A stretch of 39,124 nucleotides of DNA from a virus (Duplodnaviria > Caudoviricetes). The position numbers and the translations under genes were made by a program. The DNA lies in the IMG/VR virus record IMGVR_UViG_3300030372_005208, positions 1-39,124 of that record; one strand, written 5' to 3'. Position 1 is the first letter of the stretch. The number at the start of each line of letters is the position of its first letter. Below are positions 32,818 to 39,124 of the stretch, piece after piece. Under the pieces are notes generated by a model. It was given only the letters and a program-made list of their open reading frames with translations. It made no database searches and was not told where the DNA came from.

Positions 32818-35800
32818 GCGCTTCAAACGTCTCGGTGATGGCAGCCCCGCTCTTCGATCCCGGTATGGCGCGGGTATCGCTTGACGTGCCACCTGGGCTG
32901 ACGATCGACGAAATTGTCACGCAGGCTTTGCCGCATGCCCGTCCGGCATCCGGACTGTTGCGCGTGATCCTGGTCAATGACCGTGGCGCGTCCGTTGCTG
33001 AGGAGAAATACTGGTCGCAGATGAGACCGACTGCGGGCACGCATGTGGTGATCAGAACAATCCCTGGCAAGAACGCTTTGCGGTCCGTGCTCTTGGCAGT
33101 CGTATCCGTCGCTGCGCTGGCCTTTGCCCCCGCTGTTGCTGGCTTCCTTGGCGTCACCAGCAAGATCGGAATTGCACTTGTCGGTGCCGGTCTGAGCATC
33201 GTGGGGCAGCTGCTGGTCAACGCACTCATTCCGGTCCAGACGCCGGATGCGCTCGAGAAGAAGAACGTCTATCGGATTGAAGGATGGCGCAACGAGCTGC
33301 GCCCCGGTTCCCCCATTCCCTTCGCCGTGGGCAAGCATCGCTATGCACCTCCGTTTGCGGCTCAGACCTACACCGAAGTGGTCGGTGATGATCAGTATGT
33401 CCGCGCGCTGTTCTGCTTTGGATATGGTCCGTTGCGCATCTCCGACCTGCAGATCGGCGACACGTCGATCGAAGATTTTGAGGACATCGATGTCGAGATC
33501 CGGGAAGGCCGCGAAGGCGACGGCCCGCTGACACTTTATCCGGAGCAGGTTCTTCAAGAAAATGACGGGGCTGAGCTGGTCCGGCCATTGCCGCGCGGTG
33601 TGGATGGTGAAGTCGTACCAGGTCCCAGCATCGAGACCCCCGTCATTCGGTTCACCTCGACCAATGCCGCGCGTGCTTCTGTCATTCTCGGCTTCCCAGG
33701 CGGGCTGTTTTCAATCGACGATAAAGGGCGCTTGAACGGATATAGTGTCTCCATTCGGATCAGGGCGCGGCTCAACGGTGTCGGTGTCTGGACAGATGTC
33801 GTCACGCTGAACGTAAGCGCGGCAAAGCAGGAAAGTTTTCTGCGGCAGCACACTTGGACTTTGCCGACCCGTGGTCGCTGGCAGATTGAAGTGACCCGTC
33901 TTTCGGAGGACAACCTCAGCACGCAGGTATCTGACAAGGTCGTTCTGTCTGCCGTCCAGTCGATCCGTCCCGAATATCCGATCAACCTTGATAAGCCGGT
34001 TGCCTTTGCCGCAATTCGCGTCCGCGCAACCTACCAGCTAAGCGGACCTCTCAATGCGTTCAACGCGCTGATCGAACGGGAAGCTCTGGTGCGGATCGAT
34101 GAAGAATGGGCGCTAGGCTATGGCAGAACACCGGCGACAGCATATCTGGCAGCGCTCACGGGCCCACAGAACCCATATCCAGCGTCGACCAACGAAATCG
34201 ATATGGATCAGATCGCCGATTGGCACGACTGGTGTGTGTCAAAGGGCCTTAAATACGACAGCGTTCATGACACGCAGGAAGCCCTGGGCGAGATGCTCAA
34301 CGCGATCTGTGCCGCGGGACGCGCGACACCCCGCCATGACGGGACGAAGTGGGGCGTCGTAATCGACCGGCCAGAGACATTGGTCATCGACCACATCAAC
34401 CCGCGCAACAGCGACCAGTTCGAATGGTCCCGATCCTACTTCGATGCACCGGACGGCATGCGGATAACTTTCCTTGATGAGACCAACGACTATGTGCAAG
34501 CCGAGCGCATTGTGCCTTGGCCCGGTCACGAAGGTCCGGTCAACCTGACAGAAGCGATTGAGCTGCCCGGCAAGACCGACCCTGATGAAATCTGGATTGA
34601 AGCTCGTCGGCGGATGTATGAACTGCAGTATCGCGCAGACAGCTTCTCTGCCATGCAGTCCGGCCGTGCCCGCGTCGTCACGCGTGGGGATCTGGTGATG
34701 GGCAGCTTTGACGTGCTTAGCCGGACACTCGTGGCGGCGCGTGTCACCTCCGTTTCTGGCAATTTGGTCGAGATTGATGAAGAAGTCATCGCAGGCGAAA
34801 GCTTTGGGGTTCGGTTCCGGACCTTTGCTGATCCGGAAGACATAATTGGGGCCTCGGTTGTAAGACCTATCGCTAATTCATCCGAGCCTTCCCGTGCTTT
34901 GTTGCTGACCGGTGCCGGGCCTTTGCCAAGTGTTGGTGAGGCCATACACATCGGCCCAATCGCGACGGAAAGTCTCGCCTTGCGGGTTAGAGGCATAGAG
35001 GCTGCGGAAGACTTCCAGGCGCGCATCCTGATGGTCGCCGCGGCGCCGGAAATCGATACTTTGACAGATGCAGAAGTTCCACCCACATGGGACGGCCGTG
35101 TCGGCGCTGAGGTTGATTTGGCAGCTGCGGTCCCGGCGGTTCCGGTATTTGTCTCGATCGCCAGCGGCGTAGCTGGGACCGGCGATCCAGACGGCCTCGA
35201 AGTCATCTTGCGTCCCGGAACCGGGTCGACGGCTGGCGTCACGGAGTTCGAGCTGGATCATCGCCTTCAGGGGGCCAGCACCTGGACAACGGTCATCATT
35301 CCAGCAGCCTCAGCTGGCGCGTCCTTGGACGTCTATTCAGCAACCAATCAGGTTGAGCTTCGCGCGCGTGCCTTGGCCTCGACCACGCCGGGAGACTACA
35401 CCGACATCGCGTCGATCATAGTGGGTGGCAACGATCCTGCGATCCCAGCCGCCCTGGCTAGCGATGCGGTCACCGTGATGGGCGTGCTTGGCTACGCAAC
35501 ACTGACAATATCTGTGCCGACTGCGGGTGCGCCCTCCCAAATTCAGATTTACCGCGTCCCTGCTGGCAATCCGTTGGACCGTGAGACCCACGCAGTTGGC
35601 TTGCCAATCCTCGTCGCTGCTGGCTCAACAGTTTCCTACGTCGATGGCGACGGCACACGCACCAACCTCATCACTGACAGCGCTTTCAATTCAGGTGCGG
35701 CTTGGACGCCAGGCGGTGGCTGGACGATTGCAGGCGGAGTAGCGAGCCATGCACCAGGCACCGCGGGGGCGCTGTCTCAAGCGCTGAGCCTGGACGCAGG

Positions 35801-36122
35801 CAAGACGTATCGCACAGCCTTCACAGTGAGTGATTTTGTGGCTGGTACCGCGACCCCGCGCCTGACCGGTGGAACAGACGTGGGTGGCGTTGCCGTCACC
35901 TCGGCCGGGCTGGTTCTGGACCGTTTGACGGCAGTCAGCGGCAACACAGAATTCGCAATCGACGCTGCATCAGCCTTCGACGGAGCGATCGCTGACCTGA
36001 TCGTGTTCCTTGAGACAGCCACATGTGTCGATGCAGGGGCATGGGAATACTGGGTCGAACCTCAGAATGACGAAGATATTGCAGGACCTGTCTCGGGTCC
36101 ATTCGCAACCACAATTTTCTAG
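32814..36122 (+). CDS. Tail tip/host-specificity protein (TipJ-like) with fused N-terminal gpI-like segment
   Basis: 1102 aa; N-terminal ubiquitin-like/hydrophobic segment, PIP...G.HR..PP, FN3-like and carbohydrate-binding-like C-terminal modules. Confidence 0.87.
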   Translation: MSASNVSVMAAPLFDPGMARVSLDVPPGLTIDEIVTQALPHARPASGLLRVILVNDRGASVAEEKYWSQMRPTAGTHVVIRTIPGKNALRSVLLAVVSVAALAFAPAVAGFLGVTSKIGIALVGAGLSIVGQLLVNALIPVQTPDALEKKNVYRIEGWRNELRPGSPIPFAVGKHRYAPPFAAQTYTEVVGDDQYVRALFCFGYGPLRISDLQIGDTSIEDFEDIDVEIREGREGDGPLTLYPEQVLQENDGAELVRPLPRGVDGEVVPGPSIETPVIRFTSTNAARASVILGFPGGLFSIDDKGRLNGYSVSIRIRARLNGVGVWTDVVTLNVSAAKQESFLRQHTWTLPTRGRWQIEVTRLSEDNLSTQVSDKVVLSAVQSIRPEYPINLDKPVAFAAIRVRATYQLSGPLNAFNALIEREALVRIDEEWALGYGRTPATAYLAALTGPQNPYPASTNEIDMDQIADWHDWCVSKGLKYDSVHDTQEALGEMLNAICAAGRATPRHDGTKWGVVIDRPETLVIDHINPRNSDQFEWSRSYFDAPDGMRITFLDETNDYVQAERIVPWPGHEGPVNLTEAIELPGKTDPDEIWIEARRRMYELQYRADSFSAMQSGRARVVTRGDLVMGSFDVLSRTLVAARVTSVSGNLVEIDEEVIAGESFGVRFRTFADPEDIIGASVVRPIANSSEPSRALLLTGAGPLPSVGEAIHIGPIATESLALRVRGIEAAEDFQARILMVAAAPEIDTLTDAEVPPTWDGRVGAEVDLAAAVPAVPVFVSIASGVAGTGDPDGLEVILRPGTGSTAGVTEFELDHRLQGASTWTTVIIPAASAGASLDVYSATNQVELRARALASTTPGDYTDIASIIVGGNDPAIPAALASDAVTVMGVLGYATLTISVPTAGAPSQIQIYRVPAGNPLDRETHAVGLPILVAAGSTVSYVDGDGTRTNLITDSAFNSGAAWTPGGGWTIAGGVASHAPGTAGALSQALSLDAGKTYRTAFTVSDFVAGTATPRLTGGTDVGGVAVTSAGLVLDRLTAVSGNTEFAIDAASAFDGAIADLIVFLETATCVDAGAWEYWVEPQNDEDIAGPVSGPFATTIF

Positions 36123-36131
36123 GAGAAAACG

Positions 36132-38858
36132 ATGTCTGAAAACGGCGTGAAAACTAATACTTTGGCCCCTGCAGCGATGCTTGACGAAGTTCTGGGAAAT
36201 CGAAACGGCACGACTGTAATGGCTAGTATTCCGACACTGTCTCAGCAACTTCTTGGGTCTGGGCCGTTGGCTGACGCTATTGGTTCAAACCTTATACAAA
36301 CAGCCCTAGACCGAGTGGCGACGGGGGCGGATGTCGTTGCTGCAGAGGCTGCGCGAGATGCTGCTGAAGACGCGGTGCAGTACAATTATCTTGTGGCCGA
36401 CGACGCAGCGCGTGGCGATATCACTGGCATGGTAACTGGCGAACGCGCCTATGTGCGGGCCACTGAACACGTCTGGCGCTACAACGGCTCTGCGTGGGTA
36501 GACGAAGGCGAGGCGGTCACCGCATCCAAGGCTGACAAAACCTATGTTAACGGGCGGTTCGCGGAGGTGGACCAGTACAGCGTTGATATTACCAATCTGT
36601 ATAACGGAAGCCTCAAGCGCGACGGATACTATATCAACACCAGCACTGGTAATATCAATTCCGCTGCTGGCTGGGGCGTGTCGCCATTCATTCCTGTTGT
36701 TGCCGGTAAACAATACACTCTCAGCACTGCGGGCAGTCGTCAGCCGGAAATTGGCTTTTTCTCCGCAGCGTCTGATGGCGCGGCTATTTCGTTCTCAAAT
36801 GCGACCAATGGGACAGTAACCGTAACGGCACCAGAGGGTGCGAAGTTTCTTGTCTTCACAGCCTACTCTCCGAGCAAGCCCGAACCCGCAGAAATTATGC
36901 TGAACGAGGGTGCAGTTGCGTTTCCGTATCAAGACTACACGGGGGAACCCGACCGATATATTGATCCGGCTCGGGTTGGCACTGTTTCTGAAACTGGACC
37001 ATACACGATCAATGATCGTCTGGACCTTGCGGAAGCGAACTACGTCGATGTGTCTAACCAGTTTGACATAAGCCTCAAGCGTCCGGGGTTTTACGTCAGC
37101 ACTAACGGGCAGATTCGAACGGCGGCGGGATGGGCTTGCACAAACTTCATTCCGGTTTCTCCGGGCGAAGTTTACACGATTAGCGCTGCTGGTCCCCGAC
37201 AGCCCGAGATTGGATTTTACTCGTCTGAAAGTGACACTGCGCACGTTGGATTTGCGAGTGGGGGCCTCACCACCAAGACCGTTACCATTCCTGATGGCGC
37301 AAACTTCATGGCGTTTAACGTGGCCTCTACGGGCTACCCAGAACCCGCAGAGATTATGCTCAGTGTGGGCTACACGGCGCGGCCCTATCAGGCGTACACT
37401 GGCCAGCCTGACTACTGGTTGAATGGTGAGCGGGTGGTCACGTCTGGCCCTGTCGAGGAGGGGCTGGCTAAGCTGGTATTGAACGGTGCGGGCACTGCCT
37501 ATGTGGAAAGCGCCAACTCCGGCAATCTGATCCGAAACGAGTTCATTCCGTTCCCTGTTTACACGCTGACAACATACCCCTGCCGCCTAAACATTCGTGG
37601 GACATATCTCAACGGTGTGTCCGTCCGCGACGGGGCAGACGATATAGCGCCGGATCACGCGCTAGATGCGACCATCGGCGGCAATCACGGCTATGTTGTG
37701 GGTGTGGCGGAGGTGGACAGCCATACCTTGGTCGAGGCGGATCAAGGGTCAATCTGGTTCCTTGGCGGCGGGGAGGTTGTTCTCGTTGAAGTTCGGGACG
37801 CAAACGCGCTCATTCTCGCGCATAAGACGCTCAACACGGCGCCCGGCGCGGGCACCTATACCCACGTCAGCGGCGCGCTAAACACGGCGGACATCACCGT
37901 CACGGCAGTTACCCCCTCACAGTTTTATCGCCCCGATGCCAACTACCAAATCGCGGTGACTGCCGATGGGGAGGCCGTCACCGACACAACAGGTGAATGG
38001 ACCTACACTGACAACGTGACGATCACTGAGACTTGCGACATGCTGGCGCGTCCCGAGATCATTGATTGGTGGATTGCCAATGGCGGCGTGTCTGGTGGTT
38101 TAGCCCCAGATGGCGACCCGTCCTACACAATGACCAACACCTATCGTTGGGATCGTGATGCGCAAATGACCCTGACCCGCGATTGGCTTTTCTTGAAGGC
38201 CACCGCTGTTTCTGACCTCATGGGCCTGCAAGTCATGCGGGTTGGTAGCCCCACTGGCTTCTACGTTCCCGGCGCGTTGCCAATGACGTATCAAGGCAGC
38301 ACGATTGACCTGTCCCGCATTGAACCTGCAACCGTTGCGACAGGCGGGACACTGTACCTGACGGCTGCGGAGTTGCAGGCCCAAGGGGAATACGCACACC
38401 GATGCTTGTCACTCTGGTCTGACAAAGCATTTGCCGTGGGTTTCCTCCCAGTGGGCGATGCCGCCTATGATGTGCGCCGTGATCGTGTCAGCGCGTTGGC
38501 CTTTGAGCTTTTTGGGTCCAGCGGCAAGCAATACTTCCGAGCGCTGGACATTGGCGACCATACCGCACAGCCGGGTGACTACTATACAGTTACCGGTTAT
38601 CGCCATATCTGCCCAAGCAGCACCGAGCGGACTTCACTCTATACCGTGCGCGAGGCAACAACGGCGTTTGTGTTTGTCGATTGGCACGATGTCACAAAGC
38701 TGGACCGACTGCCCATCCCAACGGACTTGCAGGGCCGTGAGTTCACTGTGCTGGATAGCCGCAACGTGTCGCTCAAAGGGGGTACGATGCCCGCAAGCCT
38801 GCCCGCTTATGTGAGCGCCAGCGGTGACTACGGCTATGCTGTTCTCAAGATTCTCTAA
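36132..38858 (+). CDS. Receptor-binding/tail fibre protein with a tandem domain duplication (154-aa period)
   Basis: Last tail gene, AGGAG RBS; W.YNGSAW motif; repeated SLKR.G.Y...AAGW...FIPV...YT.S...RQPEIGF...PEPAEIML...PYQ.YTG.PD. Confidence 0.8.
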   Translation: MSENGVKTNTLAPAAMLDEVLGNRNGTTVMASIPTLSQQLLGSGPLADAIGSNLIQTALDRVATGADVVAAEAARDAAEDAVQYNYLVADDAARGDITGMVTGERAYVRATEHVWRYNGSAWVDEGEAVTASKADKTYVNGRFAEVDQYSVDITNLYNGSLKRDGYYINTSTGNINSAAGWGVSPFIPVVAGKQYTLSTAGSRQPEIGFFSAASDGAAISFSNATNGTVTVTAPEGAKFLVFTAYSPSKPEPAEIMLNEGAVAFPYQDYTGEPDRYIDPARVGTVSETGPYTINDRLDLAEANYVDVSNQFDISLKRPGFYVSTNGQIRTAAGWACTNFIPVSPGEVYTISAAGPRQPEIGFYSSESDTAHVGFASGGLTTKTVTIPDGANFMAFNVASTGYPEPAEIMLSVGYTARPYQAYTGQPDYWLNGERVVTSGPVEEGLAKLVLNGAGTAYVESANSGNLIRNEFIPFPVYTLTTYPCRLNIRGTYLNGVSVRDGADDIAPDHALDATIGGNHGYVVGVAEVDSHTLVEADQGSIWFLGGGEVVLVEVRDANALILAHKTLNTAPGAGTYTHVSGALNTADITVTAVTPSQFYRPDANYQIAVTADGEAVTDTTGEWTYTDNVTITETCDMLARPEIIDWWIANGGVSGGLAPDGDPSYTMTNTYRWDRDAQMTLTRDWLFLKATAVSDLMGLQVMRVGSPTGFYVPGALPMTYQGSTIDLSRIEPATVATGGTLYLTAAELQAQGEYAHRCLSLWSDKAFAVGFLPVGDAAYDVRRDRVSALAFELFGSSGKQYFRALDIGDHTAQPGDYYTVTGYRHICPSSTERTSLYTVREATTAFVFVDWHDVTKLDRLPIPTDLQGREFTVLDSRNVSLKGGTMPASLPAYVSASGDYGYAVLKIL

Positions 38859-39073
38859 CCCATGACCGGCTTCCTAGAAGCCTATGGCCTGCCTAGGTTG
38901 ATAGTCATCGGTTAGTCTATTCGGGTTGGGAACAACAAGGGTGATCCAATATGACTAGCATGCGTCTCAACATCATGGATCATTGGACCTTCGCAGATTC
39001 ATATAGTAAACGCGCTGCCGGGACTTAAAAGATGCCGAAACAAACGATGATGTTTCCGTTCCAAGCAATAATG

Positions 39074-39120
39074 CTGACAAATAAGCTTCGTTTTTCTGCC
39101 AACATTTTCTTCGCGCTACA
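39074..39120 (-). repeat. Right end (attR): terminal inverted repeat plus second transposase site
   Basis: 39093-39120 is the inverted copy of 5-32; 39074-39091 CTGACAAATAAGCTTCGT resembles 146-163; ends in CA. Confidence 0.9.
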
Positions 39121-39124
39121 GCTT

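Larger units (their letters stand above)
5..39120 (+). mobile_element. Complete Mu-like transposable phage/prophage with siphovirus-type tail
   Basis: TG...CA termini with inverted repeats; MuA/MuB, GemA, Mor-like, DUF3486, DUF935 portal, MuF, G, I, T, gp36 and gp37 in Mu gene order. Confidence 0.96.

Noticed and set aside
36132-39120. Diversity-generating retroelement or invertible tail-fibre cassette
   Set aside because: No reverse transcriptase or invertase; the repeats are in-frame, diverged protein domains, not adenine-specific TR/VR pairs

Overview
The window is essentially one complete Mu-like (transposable) temperate phage genome of about 39.1 kb, running TG(5)...CA(39120) with 28-bp imperfect terminal inverted repeats and only 4 nt of flank on each side. 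Gene content and high GC suggest an alphaproteobacterial (Rhodobacteraceae-type) host; this is inference. Left to right: (i) left end and an accessory module (TcmP-like + DUF5131/Gp37-Gp68 pair, two small ORFs, a lipoprotein); (ii) an S24-type repressor divergent from a Ner/Cro-like gene across three palindromic operators; (iii) an early operon (ParB-like, MuA DDE transposase, MuB ATPase, HTH proteins, DUF3164, DnaA-domain-IV-like, GemA, Mor/C-like activator); (iv) a late region (amidase-SH3 endolysin, holin-like genes, terminases, portal, MuF, G, protease I, major capsid T, gp36/gp37); (v) a non-contractile siphovirus tail module with a -1 frameshift chaperone, tape measure, NlpC/P60, TipJ and a repeat-containing receptor-binding protein. 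No mom gene, invertase or tail sheath is recognisable. The best candidate for an uncharacterised system is the DUF5131 (CX6CX2C) + TcmP (SAM-methyltransferase-like) operon at the left end. Also notable: a three-gene insert between the terminase genes, a MuF C-terminal toxin-like extension, a 51-aa Cys/His moron missed by the ORF track, and an identical 27-bp palindromic element ahead of two late operons. All family assignments come from motif recognition by eye, not from database searches.
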